From: a virus
Virus record (IMG/VR): IMGVR_UViG_3300045413_000158
Coordinates: 1-36,245 of that record
Direction: 5' to 3' (one strand)
Length of the DNA: 36,245 bases
How positions within the stretch are numbered: the first letter of the stretch is position 1; the number at the start of each line of letters is the position of its first letter. The notes under the pieces are model-generated. The model did no database searches. It was given only the letters and a program-made list of their open reading frames with translations, and was not told the DNA's origin. Position numbers and translations under genes: made by a program. Positions 1 through 9,508 of this stretch are shown here, one piece after another.

Positions 1-127
1 AGCTCACTTTCGACGAAGGAACGAGTTCAGAAGAACACATGTACGCCACGATGAGCGGGGCATCGGGTACTGTGACTCGTCGTGGACTTTCAAAGGTAGA
101 CGCATGGACGGAAGTTGCTGGGAATAA
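1..127. repeat. Terminal overlap copy A (identical to 36119-36245)
   Basis: Read directly: the first 127 nt (agctcactttcgacgaagga...gttgctgggaataa) recur exactly as the last 127 nt. This implies a circular or circularly permuted 36,118-bp unit. Confidence 0.95.
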
Positions 128-1631
128 GTTTATCCATAATCGTTCTGCCTCAGTGAAGGTGACGAACCTTTCCCTTGTTCTTATCAACCGTCTCCTCCTC
201 GGAACCGATACGTTCAATGCACCGGATTGGACTGGTGTGAATAGTATTAGTGGTCTTGCGACACCAACTTCGAGTGAAACAACGAAGGCCGCGAATGTGG
301 CATATGCGAATGCACTTGCGATTGCTGGTGCTCCGGATGCCTCTACGACGGTAAAGGGGATCGTTGAGGAAGCAACACAAGCCGAAGTCGCTGCTGGTAC
401 TGCCGCTGGGAGTACTTCTGCGCGTCTGTTTACGAATCCATCAACACTTGCTCCTCATGTGCAGTCTGGCGCATGGATTTATGCGGTTGAGGATGGTGTT
501 GGTGGTGATGACACCTATACCGCAACAGTTACTCCTTCCCTTACGACATACACCGCTGGAATGGTACTTGTCGTGAAGATCACGATTGCGAATACTGCCG
601 CTGCGACCCTTAATATTAACTCTCTTGGTGCAAAGGCGATCAAGAAATATGTTGCTGGCGCTAAGGTGGACATCGAGACTGGTGACATTATTGCAAATCA
701 GATTTGTCGATTCGTTTATGACGGAACGGACATGATACTTATTAGTCCGATCGCTGCGATGCCAACGACGGCAAACCTTCAACTTGTTACTTCTGCGATC
801 CCAACACTTGCTGGTGGATCAACGACGAATGCGGATAGTTTCCATACTCATACTCTAATTCCGTCGTTTTTTACTGCATATCTCAATTACGGAACGATCA
901 GCGGAGCTCAAATAAAATATGCTCAATTCTGTCTCAATGCAGATAAAAGTTATGGATATTTTATTCATTGTCATGGAGCAAGTCCTGATATTTATGTATA
1001 TCGTTTTGTTCGAGACGCTAATTCAAAGGCGTATATTTACGATGGGACGAACACTGCATTATTAAACTCGACATATGGTTGGAATGGTGGCGCGTCTATC
1101 GTAGCCGGTTCTACATATGTTTGGGCGATTGGATATACAGGCACAGATAGAAAGATTGTGCGCATGGCCGCGGATCTTACTTCTCCAACGGTTATGACAA
1201 TGTCAGGTTCAGCTGATGCAACTACTCCTATTTTTGCAGGTGGTACAGATTCGTTGTTGTATATTCAAAAAAATACGACGACAATTTTGCAGTATTCTAT
1301 TTCTGGTACGACTGCAACACGCGGATCTGATATTACACTTACGTCTGGAGGAAATGTAACAGACTTCGATGGAACGAATTTCTATAGTTACCTTGCGAGT
1401 ACGAATACATTAAAGAAATATTCAACTGCTGGTGGCGCAGCAACAACGACTGCGGTGAAATACTTTGCAAACTCTGATAATCAGATTGCAGTTGCTCTGG
1501 ATGAGTATGCAGTTGGTCTCTGTTCGCTCGATTCGACGAGAATGTATCTTGTTACCGGAAGACTCATTGACTCGGCAACCGCAGGAAAAGATGGGTTTGC
1601 TTTGGACTTTACTTTGGTAACAAAGATTTAA
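1..1631 (+). CDS. Tail fibre protein, C-terminal part (the gene starts at 35983 and crosses the circular junction)
   Basis: ORF 39..1631 stays open to base 1 in the same frame. The ATG at 35983 is in frame with it through the overlap (36157-35983=174). It follows the tail-tube-like genes and has a Thr/Ser/Ala/Gly-rich, fibre-like composition. Confidence 0.75.
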   Translation, partial: LTFDEGTSSEEHMYATMSGASGTVTRRGLSKVDAWTEVAGNKFIHNRSASVKVTNLSLVLINRLLLGTDTFNAPDWTGVNSISGLATPTSSETTKAANVAYANALAIAGAPDASTTVKGIVEEATQAEVAAGTAAGSTSARLFTNPSTLAPHVQSGAWIYAVEDGVGGDDTYTATVTPSLTTYTAGMVLVVKITIANTAAATLNINSLGAKAIKKYVAGAKVDIETGDIIANQICRFVYDGTDMILISPIAAMPTTANLQLVTSAIPTLAGGSTTNADSFHTHTLIPSFFTAYLNYGTISGAQIKYAQFCLNADKSYGYFIHCHGASPDIYVYRFVRDANSKAYIYDGTNTALLNSTYGWNGGASIVAGSTYVWAIGYTGTDRKIVRMAADLTSPTVMTMSGSADATTPIFAGGTDSLLYIQKNTTTILQYSISGTTATRGSDITLTSGGNVTDFDGTNFYSYLASTNTLKKYSTAGGAATTTAVKYFANSDNQIAVALDEYAVGLCSLDSTRMYLVTGRLIDSATAGKDGFALDFTLVTKI

Positions 1632-1632
1632 T

Positions 1633-4125
1633 ATGCCAGTAGACGCAGCACGAACCGCGGCAGTACGCGCACAACGCGCACAGGCGCGACAAAACCAAAA
1701 AGATCTCAAAGCACTCCGAGGAAAAGAAGCGACGTATACTCGTTCCGTTTCTGCACCGGTCACAAAGGTGGTGGATGGACGGAATGTGCAGATGGGTACA
1801 AAAACGACGATAACGCCTACTGCAGTCAACGGACGCCGTATTTCTCCTTCTGGTGCATCTCCTGTATCGAAGGTGGTCACCCGTAATCTTTCAAGAGAAC
1901 AACAGTCTCTAGCAGATGCTTTGAAAAGTCCTTCCGTTGGCGGGGCAAATGTTGGTATTCGTCCAGGAACGGATATTTCATCGTTGAATCCTGCATCTCG
2001 TGCATCCTTGCAAGAATCGATCAATCAGCGAACGTATGGGACAGCACGACCCGTATTTCGTATTCCAGAAACAACACAGATACGAGATACTGGGATAGAT
2101 CAAACGGAGCAACCAATAACTAGAGGCACTACACAACCGATTAGTCGTCCTATTGTGAATGTTGGAGAAGCAGTACAAGAAAATATACCTGGGTATTACA
2201 ACACGCAACCTGAGGCACCACAGAGCCTTCAGGATATACGCCAAGACACACTTAGCCGGTATCAGCAGATGGTGAGTGCAACTCAGGATTATTACACGAA
2301 TCAAATTCAGAATATCCAGGAACAAGGTCGCCAGCTCGCAGCACGCGTTGGCTCGATGGATGTTGGAGCAGGTCTTGCAGGGTCTCCATTTGCTCAAGGG
2401 AATCAGAATCAAGTACAAGAAGCGACAAATCGTGCGATCCAACAAGTTGCAGCACAACGCAGTGCCGAAGTCGCAGGTTACCTTAATGATGCCTATAACA
2501 AAGCGGATCAGTTGTATCAGCAGAGGATTGAGAATTATCAGCAACAGCAAGGTGTTTATATTTCAGAACGTGACAAACTTCTTTCTCGACAAGATAAGAT
2601 GATTGCAGATCAGGAAGCAAAGAAGGAAGCACTGAAAAAATCAGCAGTTGAATCAATTGGAAATATTGCGACCGGTGGATATTCTATCGATGAACTCCCC
2701 GAGGCGCAGTATCAGAAACTTCTTCAAGACTCCGGCATGAGCGATTTCGAGGCTCGTGCGATTTGGGTTGCAAAAACACCAGAAGCGAATGCGAGCTATT
2801 CGGTCAGTGGTGACTATCTCGTCCAGCAATACTTTGATCCGAGAACTGGCAAGGCAGTCGTGAAGGCAACGCCGCTTCCCGATGAATTGAAAGGATCAAC
2901 GAATCCATCGATTAAGACGATAACGACGGGTGACGGACAAGTCTATTGGTACGATGAGAATAATCCGGTGAATCCCGATGGGAGTTTGAATGCAGTACCG
3001 ATTGGTGGGAAAAAGAGTTCATCATCGGAAGGTGCGCCAACAATAAAGACTTTCGCAGGCCAAGACTATCAATGGAATGAGTCTACCGGTTCTTGGGATG
3101 TCGTCAGTTTGCCTGATGAACTTTCCTCACAACAAAGTGAAAAAGCGAAAGAAATTAAAGACGTTGCATTAGATTTGCTCTCGGATGAATCACTTGGTGC
3201 AGCCGTCGGCCCCATTTCTTCCCGACTTCCGACACTCTTTGGTGGTACTTCTGATTTTGAAGAGAAATACAATCACCTTAAATCTCTCCTCACTCTTGAT
3301 AATATCGGACTTTTAAAAGGTACTTTGTCAGATAGGGATATGCAGATTCTCGAAAGTGCTGGTACTGCACTGAGTCTTCGTATGTCTGAAGAAGGATTTA
3401 AAGAAGAGTTGCAGAAAATTATTGGCATATCTTCTTCACAGGTGGGAGATGTACTATCTGACTATGAACCCGATCAATCCTACGTCAATGCTCTCCGCAA
3501 TAGTGTCAAAGTAGATGCTCAAGGCAATCCTCTCTCTGAGGATGAGATTGATGCGCTTGCTCGTTATGCAACAATGCTTACGAGTCAAGGGAAAACACAA
3601 CAGGAAATCATTGATAGTATCAATGCTGCCCTTCGTGGCGAAAAACAATCTTTTAACCAAGACCTGAGCATGTCGCAAAACGGCTCACCACTGGAGATTG
3701 CCAAGTCTTATATTGGACTTAATGCAAGCAATCCAAAGCAAGCAAAGACGCTCAGCGCATTCTTCAAAAAAGCAGGTGGTCTCGATGTTGATCCGGCTAC
3801 AACGGCTTGGTGTGCGGCATTCGCAAACTCGGTATTAGGTGCATCTGGCATTAAAGGCACCGGATCTCTCATGGCTCAAAGTTTCTTGAAATTTGGAACT
3901 CCAGTAGAAAAGCCAGCGAAGGGTGATATCGTTGTTTTTGAACGTGGGAAACGTGGTAGTGGATTAGGACATGTTGGTTTTGTCGTTGGTGTTAATGAAA
4001 ACGGTACATTGAAAGTGCTCGGTGGCAATCAAAATAACTCAACAAGTATTCAGACTTTCAAGACGGATCGTGTACTTGGATACCGAAGGATAAATAAGAA
4101 AAGTGTCCGTGAATATACTGGTTAA
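1633..4125 (+). CDS. Internal virion/ejection protein with a C-terminal peptidoglycan hydrolase domain (TIGR02594 / NlpC-P60-CHAP-like)
   Basis: 830 aa. The C-terminus AWCAAFANSVL...GDIVVFERG...GHVGFVVG...LGGNQNN has the Cys...His layout of phage TIGR02594-type cell-wall hydrolases. The centre is Gln-rich and coiled-coil-like. It joins the fibre gene through a TAATATG junction. Confidence 0.7.
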   Translation: MPVDAARTAAVRAQRAQARQNQKDLKALRGKEATYTRSVSAPVTKVVDGRNVQMGTKTTITPTAVNGRRISPSGASPVSKVVTRNLSREQQSLADALKSPSVGGANVGIRPGTDISSLNPASRASLQESINQRTYGTARPVFRIPETTQIRDTGIDQTEQPITRGTTQPISRPIVNVGEAVQENIPGYYNTQPEAPQSLQDIRQDTLSRYQQMVSATQDYYTNQIQNIQEQGRQLAARVGSMDVGAGLAGSPFAQGNQNQVQEATNRAIQQVAAQRSAEVAGYLNDAYNKADQLYQQRIENYQQQQGVYISERDKLLSRQDKMIADQEAKKEALKKSAVESIGNIATGGYSIDELPEAQYQKLLQDSGMSDFEARAIWVAKTPEANASYSVSGDYLVQQYFDPRTGKAVVKATPLPDELKGSTNPSIKTITTGDGQVYWYDENNPVNPDGSLNAVPIGGKKSSSSEGAPTIKTFAGQDYQWNESTGSWDVVSLPDELSSQQSEKAKEIKDVALDLLSDESLGAAVGPISSRLPTLFGGTSDFEEKYNHLKSLLTLDNIGLLKGTLSDRDMQILESAGTALSLRMSEEGFKEELQKIIGISSSQVGDVLSDYEPDQSYVNALRNSVKVDAQGNPLSEDEIDALARYATMLTSQGKTQQEIIDSINAALRGEKQSFNQDLSMSQNGSPLEIAKSYIGLNASNPKQAKTLSAFFKKAGGLDVDPATTAWCAAFANSVLGASGIKGTGSLMAQSFLKFGTPVEKPAKGDIVVFERGKRGSGLGHVGFVVGVNENGTLKVLGGNQNNSTSIQTFKTDRVLGYRRINKKSVREYTG

Positions 4126-4138
4126 TTAAATTAACTAT

Positions 4139-6214
4139 ATGTCTCTCGTTAGCCAAGCAATTACTATACGAAAAGATACCACACCGAAGAAAAAAGGTGG
4201 GTTAGAGAAATTTGCAGATACCATATCTGCTCCATTTGAAGCAGCAAGTAATCTTCTTGTAAAACCGGTTGTTGAGACATTTGCAAAACCATTTGGTGAA
4301 ACTATTGCTTCATCATATGAACTTGCAGGACGACAAGCTCCAGCATGGACACGAAGTAATCGTCTTTCTTCTCCAGAAATTCTTGCACTTGATCGTGTAG
4401 GGCTTAAGGGGCTTACTTCGAAAAAAGGAATTGCACAGGTACGCAATACTGCACAAGCCATGAAGAATCAGGGATATAAAGGAGCTGGTGCAACTGATAT
4501 TCTTAATGTTCTCTCACTTCTTCCTGGTGGGGCTTTTGCAAAAGGTGGACAAGCGATTGCTCGTGGTGCAGAAGTCGCAAGTGGTGCAGAACGATTTTTG
4601 CCAACGCTTGGGCGTACTTTCAAAGAAACTGTACCCGCTGCTGCTGGTTGGGGAACTGCGTATGGCGCAGCCGAAGCATACGACCAAGATGGATCAGCGA
4701 GGGATATCGCTACAGGTGCTTTGAAAGGTGGTCTTGTCGGTACAGCACTTGGTCTTGGACTTGGTACAGCATCAGCAATAGGAGGTGCTGGACTTCGGGC
4801 ACTTTCAAAGGCAACAAATAAGAGTGTTGCAGAAGAATCTGCTGTACGAAATAATCTTCGAAATTTGAATCAACTTGAAGATAATAATACACCACTCAAG
4901 AAACTTACATCGAAATACATGAGTCAGGGCATCGATGTGAAAGATATGGTATCAAAATCTGATTATCTTAAAGGAGCAGTAGATTCTAATGGTGTGATTC
5001 ATACCCTTCAAGAAGGAGGTGCTCTTTCTCAAGTAGATGATTATATTAAGCCATACGAAAGCGTCGTGAGTGATCTTTTAAAACGTGAAGGTAATACGAT
5101 TGGATTAGATACAGTTGAAGCATCAATGCGTTCAAAAATTGATTCAAGTGGCCTTGAAGGTGAAGCACTTGATGCTGCACATCGAAAGGTCAGTGCAGAA
5201 ATCAGCGGTCTTATACGACGTGCAGATAAGAGCGGCCGTATTCCTGTTGCACTTCTTCAGGATGCGAAGGTAAATAAGTACTCAACAATCAATTATCTTG
5301 ATCCTGCATCAAAAAAAGCAGATAAGACGATTGCACGGACATATCGTGATCTTATCGCGAAAAATACAACTTCTGCTGATGTTAATGCAGTAAATAAAGA
5401 ACTTCAGAAATACTATGCAGTAAAAGCATTTCTTGAGAAACTCGATGGAAGGAAAGTACAAGGAGGAAGACTTGGGAAGTATTTTGCACAAACCGTTGGA
5501 TCAATAGCCGGATCTCACTTTGGCCCGATTGGCTCCATTCTCGGTGCAGAACTTGGTGGCCGTATTCGTGGAATGGGATTAACTTCGACGTTTAATAAAG
5601 GACTCGGAAGAGGACTTACAGAATCCGATATCCTCATGGAAGCAAAAGCGCTCAGTAAAACTCCGCGTCCTCTTGTTCCTGAACATCTCCGGCTTCCAGC
5701 ACCAGATATTTCAAAATCTGGTCCAGTAATTCCACTTCGGGGGCCAACAACGTATGAGTCACGTGCTCCGATTGTTGGTGGTGAAGGACAAAATTTAAAG
5801 ACAGCAGAAAAAATATTAACACAACCTTCCGGTGTAATAGAGGGGAAACTTAAAACTCTACAAGATTTTTCTGATGAGATAAATTCTCGTGTTGATAAAT
5901 TCAGGAAAGAAGCGGGTATTATAGCGAACCGTGAAGGTGCTGGTGTGCGATTACGAAGTGTTGAAGATGGTGCTGGTAATATAAATTTTGTTACAAAAGG
6001 TTTCAATCTGAATCGTGCAAAAGCAAACATGAAAGCACAAGCAGATAGCGCAAAAAAATATGCTAAAACTCTATTATACGATAGTGATGAAGAGTTTAGA
6101 TCCCTTGTAGATTTTTATGATGCTCTTTTAGAAGAAGAAGCAAAAAAAGCAGATACAATACAAAGCATTGATAAAGTACTTCAAAAAATCAACGAAGAAA
6201 TAGACCTCTTCTAA
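4139..6214 (+). CDS. Large virion-associated protein (putative internal/ejection protein)
   Basis: 691 aa. It has Gly-rich hydrophobic segments (GGLVGTALGLGLGTASAIGGAG; VGSIAGSHFGPIGSILGAELGG). Its position after the hydrolase-bearing internal protein mirrors the T7-type layout. The function is inferred from position only. Confidence 0.45.
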   Translation: MSLVSQAITIRKDTTPKKKGGLEKFADTISAPFEAASNLLVKPVVETFAKPFGETIASSYELAGRQAPAWTRSNRLSSPEILALDRVGLKGLTSKKGIAQVRNTAQAMKNQGYKGAGATDILNVLSLLPGGAFAKGGQAIARGAEVASGAERFLPTLGRTFKETVPAAAGWGTAYGAAEAYDQDGSARDIATGALKGGLVGTALGLGLGTASAIGGAGLRALSKATNKSVAEESAVRNNLRNLNQLEDNNTPLKKLTSKYMSQGIDVKDMVSKSDYLKGAVDSNGVIHTLQEGGALSQVDDYIKPYESVVSDLLKREGNTIGLDTVEASMRSKIDSSGLEGEALDAAHRKVSAEISGLIRRADKSGRIPVALLQDAKVNKYSTINYLDPASKKADKTIARTYRDLIAKNTTSADVNAVNKELQKYYAVKAFLEKLDGRKVQGGRLGKYFAQTVGSIAGSHFGPIGSILGAELGGRIRGMGLTSTFNKGLGRGLTESDILMEAKALSKTPRPLVPEHLRLPAPDISKSGPVIPLRGPTTYESRAPIVGGEGQNLKTAEKILTQPSGVIEGKLKTLQDFSDEINSRVDKFRKEAGIIANREGAGVRLRSVEDGAGNINFVTKGFNLNRAKANMKAQADSAKKYAKTLLYDSDEEFRSLVDFYDALLEEEAKKADTIQSIDKVLQKINEEIDLF

Positions 6215-6224
6215 TAACACTTAT

Positions 6225-6329
6225 ATGAAAGGTTTACTTAAACGTAGCAAAGAAAGACTAAAAAAGTTACGAACTATAAAATTGAAACTCGAAACAAATA
6301 GAAAACTGATAGAAAAATCAAAAAACTAA
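6225..6329 (+). CDS. Micro-ORF, 34 aa, very basic (MKGLLKRSKERLKKLRTIKLKLETNRKLIEKSKN)
   Basis: ATG-to-TAA frame read by hand in an AT-rich gap. It is below the ORF-track cut-off, and there is no other support. Confidence 0.25.
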   Translation: MKGLLKRSKERLKKLRTIKLKLETNRKLIEKSKN

Positions 6330-6462
6330 ATGTTTTTAATCTTCAAAAAGTTTTGGTAATCGATAAACCATCCACCAGATTACGAATATGATTACGAGAA
6401 TATGAAGCATATGCCTAGAGTATAGAATAAAAAACAGGCTACTTTACAACAAATCCACAGGT

Positions 6463-6490
6463 TCGTCAACGTGAGTCACTATGTTATACT
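6463..6490 (+). promoter_or_regulatory. Candidate sigma70-type promoter (TCGTCA-16 bp-TGtTATACT)
   Basis: An extended -10 (TGt TATACT) lies at 6482-6490 and a 4/6 -35 at 6463-6468. It sits about 50 nt upstream of the 6541 gene, after a 326-bp gap. Confidence 0.3.
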
Positions 6491-6540
6491 AAAACCATCA
6501 ACGACCTTCCCGAATGGGATGAGCCGTCTTTTTTACTTCT

Positions 6541-6846
6541 ATGTCATTGCAAATCATTAAATGTTCGCAGTCAACGAACTCCGGTATCTCTTCTGCAACA
6601 GCAACATCCGTTGCAAATGAGGCAAGAATCGGATACAGCATCCAGAATCTTGGGACGAATCCTCTCTTTGTGAAAGAAGGTACAAGTGCTTCAACGTCTG
6701 ATTTCTCGTATATCCTTGCGGCAGGTTCAGGAAATGATAACGGAACCGGTGGGAAATACGAATCTCCAGCAGGGCGTATTTACACTGGCGCTCTTTCGAT
6801 TGCTGGCACATCACCACGGTACGTCTTCGTTGAACAGAAACAATAA
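6541..6846 (+). CDS. Small virion-module protein sharing a domain with the C-terminus of the 7345..9507 protein
   Basis: 101 aa. ARIGYSIQNLGTNPLFV...GRIYTGALSIAG...VFVEQ aligns by eye with SRKGLQLVNTSNTAISL...RYFYTGAINAIAG...LAIQEW at the end of the 720-aa protein. Confidence 0.6.
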   Translation: MSLQIIKCSQSTNSGISSATATSVANEARIGYSIQNLGTNPLFVKEGTSASTSDFSYILAAGSGNDNGTGGKYESPAGRIYTGALSIAGTSPRYVFVEQKQ

Positions 6847-6855
6847 AAAATTCTT

Positions 6856-7338
6856 ATGCCAATCGAAACGCCAGTTATCCAAGAAGAATTGCCAGAAAAA
6901 GTAAAAATGGCCGTATTTTTTGCGAACGAGAAGGTATCTATTCTTGAAGAAAAGGCACTCCGTCTTGATGAAATGCACAAAGAGAAAGTGCGCGACATTA
7001 CAAAATTGGATATGGAGTGTGATGAGAAGCGTGTTATCGTGCAACAATTACGCGCTGAAGAAGAATCTGCACGAGTATCTTGTGAAAAGATGAAAGAAGA
7101 ACTCGCAAAAATCATGGGTGATCTTGATGTTGCAAAAAGTGATCTTCAACTTCTTCAGAAAGAACGAGAAGGTGTTGACACGTCTATCATGGAAGAATCA
7201 CGAAAACTTTCACAGATTGTTGAACAAATTCGTGAATTGAAGGCAGCATCAGAAAAAGAAATTGCCGATCATAAAGTATCCGTTGAACTTTTTGAATCAC
7301 GCAAACAAGCCGTTCGCGATTTGCTTGCTTCTATCTAA
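6856..7338 (+). CDS. Coiled-coil protein, function unknown
   Basis: 160 aa with a Glu/Lys/Leu-rich heptad-like sequence. It is tightly packed between virion-module genes. Confidence 0.6.
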   Translation: MPIETPVIQEELPEKVKMAVFFANEKVSILEEKALRLDEMHKEKVRDITKLDMECDEKRVIVQQLRAEEESARVSCEKMKEELAKIMGDLDVAKSDLQLLQKEREGVDTSIMEESRKLSQIVEQIRELKAASEKEIADHKVSVELFESRKQAVRDLLASI

Positions 7339-7344
7339 AAATTT

Positions 7345-9507
7345 ATGAGCCAGATGCCTGGATTCAAGGGAAAGATCCGCGAGTTAGCGACTTCCTACGC
7401 GCTTGATGTGTCTATTGTTGATGGCACTGGCGCACAAATCACAACGTTTGGTGGTGGAACTCAATATACAGAAGCAGATGTCGATACAACGATAACGGGT
7501 ACGGCGATCATGTGGGAAGATACAAGTGATACATTACGTGCTGTATCAGCAGCAAAACCGCTCCCTGTTGCCATTATTTCTGGTGCTGGTTCTGGTGGTA
7601 CTGCAATGACTGATGATGCAGCATTTACTGTTGCAACAACATCGTTTACTCCTGCCGGTGGTACATATCGTTCTGTTCGTGATTCTGTTGATGATAATGA
7701 TGGTGGTGCATTTGCCATGACACAGAAACGTGCATTGCTTGCTGCGATCGAAACACCAAACGGAGATTCCGCAATGGATGATACAAATGATGCCGTTCGG
7801 GTAAACGTCGTCACAGGATCGACTGCTGGTACGCAATACACAGAAGGTGATGTTGATACGACGATCACGGGTAATGCAATCATGTGGGAAGATGCATCAG
7901 ATACGCTTCGAGCTGTATCAGCGTCGAAACCACTTCCCGTTGATACAGAATTACCTGCTGCTGCTGCACTTGCCGATGATACATCGAATCCAACGGTTCC
8001 AGGTATTGCGTCATATCTCATGGTCTATGATTCTACCGCTGGGCAATGGGATCGTGCTCGTGGAACACCAACAACCTCTGATGGGCAAGCTGGGCACTCT
8101 CAATCGATTCTCGATGTTCAGTCACATCCAATGATGTATAACGGTACAACATGGGATCGTTTTCGGGGTAGTTCAACTGATGGTCTTTTGGTTGATCTTG
8201 GGACGAATAATGATGTCACGATTACCGGTACTGTCACTGTTTCTGGGACGGTAACATCAAACATTGGTACGACAAACGGTCTTGCTCTTGATGCAACACT
8301 CACAGGCGGGACAATGCGGACAAAGTTATACGATGGTACTGATACAGCATTGATTACCGCTTCTGGTGAATTAAATGTTATCGCAACGGCACAGCCAGGT
8401 GTTGATATTGGTGATGTTACGATCAATAACGCATCTGGAGCTTCAGCGGTTAATATTCAAGATGGTGGGAACAGTATTACCGTTGATGGTACGGTTTCGG
8501 TTACTGGTTCAGTAGATACTGAATTAACAACTGCTGATTTAGATACCGGTGTCGGAACCGATACTCGTGCCGTTGTTGGGCTTGTTCTTGCTGCTTCTGG
8601 TGGCGGTGTTCTTGTTGGATCAGCAAACCCGATGCCAATTAGTGACAATGGTGGTTCAATCACGGTCGATGCAACACAATCTGGAACATGGACAGTACAA
8701 CCTGGGAATACCCCAAATACAACGCCATGGCTTGCTTCTATCCATGATGGAACAACGAAAGCGACGGTGCGTGAGCTTGGTACGAATGATGCACTAAATG
8801 TTTCCATTTGTGATGGTTCTGGTAATCAAATCACAACATTTGGAGGAGGAACACAGTATACTGAAGGAGATACGGATACGACCATTACCGGAACAGCAAT
8901 GATGTGGGAAGATACAAGTGATACTCTGAGGGCAGTATCTGCATCAAAGCCACTTCCTGTTACGGTTGTTTCAGGTTCCTCTGGTCAAGCGGATAAATCT
9001 TCTTTTACAGAGGGTTCTTCAAGTTTCTCTCCTATCGGAGGAGTCTATAATGAAACAATCAGTGCTGACCCAACGGAAGATCAAGCGGCAGCAGCTCGTA
9101 TCACGGCAAAACGCGCAATTCATACAAACCTTCGGAATGTATCTGGTACTGAAATCGGTACGTCAAGTACTCCACTTCGTGTTGATCCAACCGGAACAAC
9201 AACACAACCGGTATCGATTATTGCTCCGTCAACAGCTCTCACTGCATCATCTCCAACATTTGCGACGGTTGGTACATCAAGTGCATCGGCAGTGGCATCA
9301 AATAGTAGTCGTAAAGGACTCCAGCTTGTAAATACCTCGAATACAGCAATTTCTCTTGGATTTGGTACAACGGCAGTATTAAACTCAGGAGTAACTCTTC
9401 AGCCTGGTGGATCATGGGAAATGTCAGATCGATATTTCTATACTGGTGCGATCAATGCGATTGCAGGGCTTGCTTCAAGTAATCTTGCCATTCAAGAATG
9501 GACATAA
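7345..9507 (+). CDS. Repeat-containing fibre/spike-like structural protein
   Basis: 720 aa, Thr/Gly/Ser/Ala/Val-rich. It holds three copies of the module GTQYTE.D.DTTITG.A.MWED.SDTLRAVSA.KPLPV. The C-terminal ~75 aa are homologous to the 6541 gene product. Confidence 0.65.
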   Translation: MSQMPGFKGKIRELATSYALDVSIVDGTGAQITTFGGGTQYTEADVDTTITGTAIMWEDTSDTLRAVSAAKPLPVAIISGAGSGGTAMTDDAAFTVATTSFTPAGGTYRSVRDSVDDNDGGAFAMTQKRALLAAIETPNGDSAMDDTNDAVRVNVVTGSTAGTQYTEGDVDTTITGNAIMWEDASDTLRAVSASKPLPVDTELPAAAALADDTSNPTVPGIASYLMVYDSTAGQWDRARGTPTTSDGQAGHSQSILDVQSHPMMYNGTTWDRFRGSSTDGLLVDLGTNNDVTITGTVTVSGTVTSNIGTTNGLALDATLTGGTMRTKLYDGTDTALITASGELNVIATAQPGVDIGDVTINNASGASAVNIQDGGNSITVDGTVSVTGSVDTELTTADLDTGVGTDTRAVVGLVLAASGGGVLVGSANPMPISDNGGSITVDATQSGTWTVQPGNTPNTTPWLASIHDGTTKATVRELGTNDALNVSICDGSGNQITTFGGGTQYTEGDTDTTITGTAMMWEDTSDTLRAVSASKPLPVTVVSGSSGQADKSSFTEGSSSFSPIGGVYNETISADPTEDQAAAARITAKRAIHTNLRNVSGTEIGTSSTPLRVDPTGTTTQPVSIIAPSTALTASSPTFATVGTSSASAVASNSSRKGLQLVNTSNTAISLGFGTTAVLNSGVTLQPGGSWEMSDRYFYTGAINAIAGLASSNLAIQEWT
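7399..7569 (+). repeat. Intragenic protein-level repeat R1 (extended form)
   Basis: ALDVSIVDGTGAQITTFGGGTQYTEADVDTTITGTAIMWEDTSDTLRAVSAAKPLPV. Confidence 0.85.
7828..7941 (+). repeat. Intragenic protein-level repeat R2 (core only)
   Basis: GTQYTEGDVDTTITGNAIMWEDASDTLRAVSASKPLPV. Confidence 0.85.
8791..8961 (+). repeat. Intragenic protein-level repeat R3 (extended form)
   Basis: ALNVSICDGSGNQITTFGGGTQYTEGDTDTTITGTAMMWEDTSDTLRAVSASKPLPV. The DNA differs from R1 mostly at synonymous positions. Confidence 0.85.
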
Positions 9508-9508
9508 T

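Noticed and set aside
1-127. The 127-bp terminal repeat as a biological direct terminal repeat.
   Set aside because: The length equals a common maximum assembler k-mer. The repeat also falls in the middle of the tail-fibre coding sequence rather than at an intergenic packaging site. I treat it as a circular-assembly overlap unless read-start data say otherwise.
1422-2550. Two long - strand ORFs (1422..2024, 200 aa; 1978..2550, 190 aa).
   Set aside because: They lie entirely antisense to the 830-aa virion gene. The sequences are Cys/Arg/Leu-rich and low-complexity, typical of shadow frames. There are no neighbouring - strand genes or signals.
5515-6030. A - strand ORF of 171 aa.
   Set aside because: It is antisense to the 691-aa + strand gene, with a Ser/Pro/Arg-rich shadow-frame composition.
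7461-8807. Several - strand ORFs (7461..8021, 8118..8426, 8457..8807) and + strand alternative-frame ORFs inside the 720-aa gene.
   Set aside because: They are shadows of a Thr/Gly/Val-rich gene that is poor in stop codons in other frames. The main frame carries the conserved triple repeat.
7399-8961. A diversity-generating retroelement (template/variable repeat) as the explanation for the triple repeat.
   Set aside because: There is no reverse transcriptase anywhere in the genome. Differences between copies include all substitution types rather than adenine-specific changes, and the protein sequence is conserved rather than diversified.
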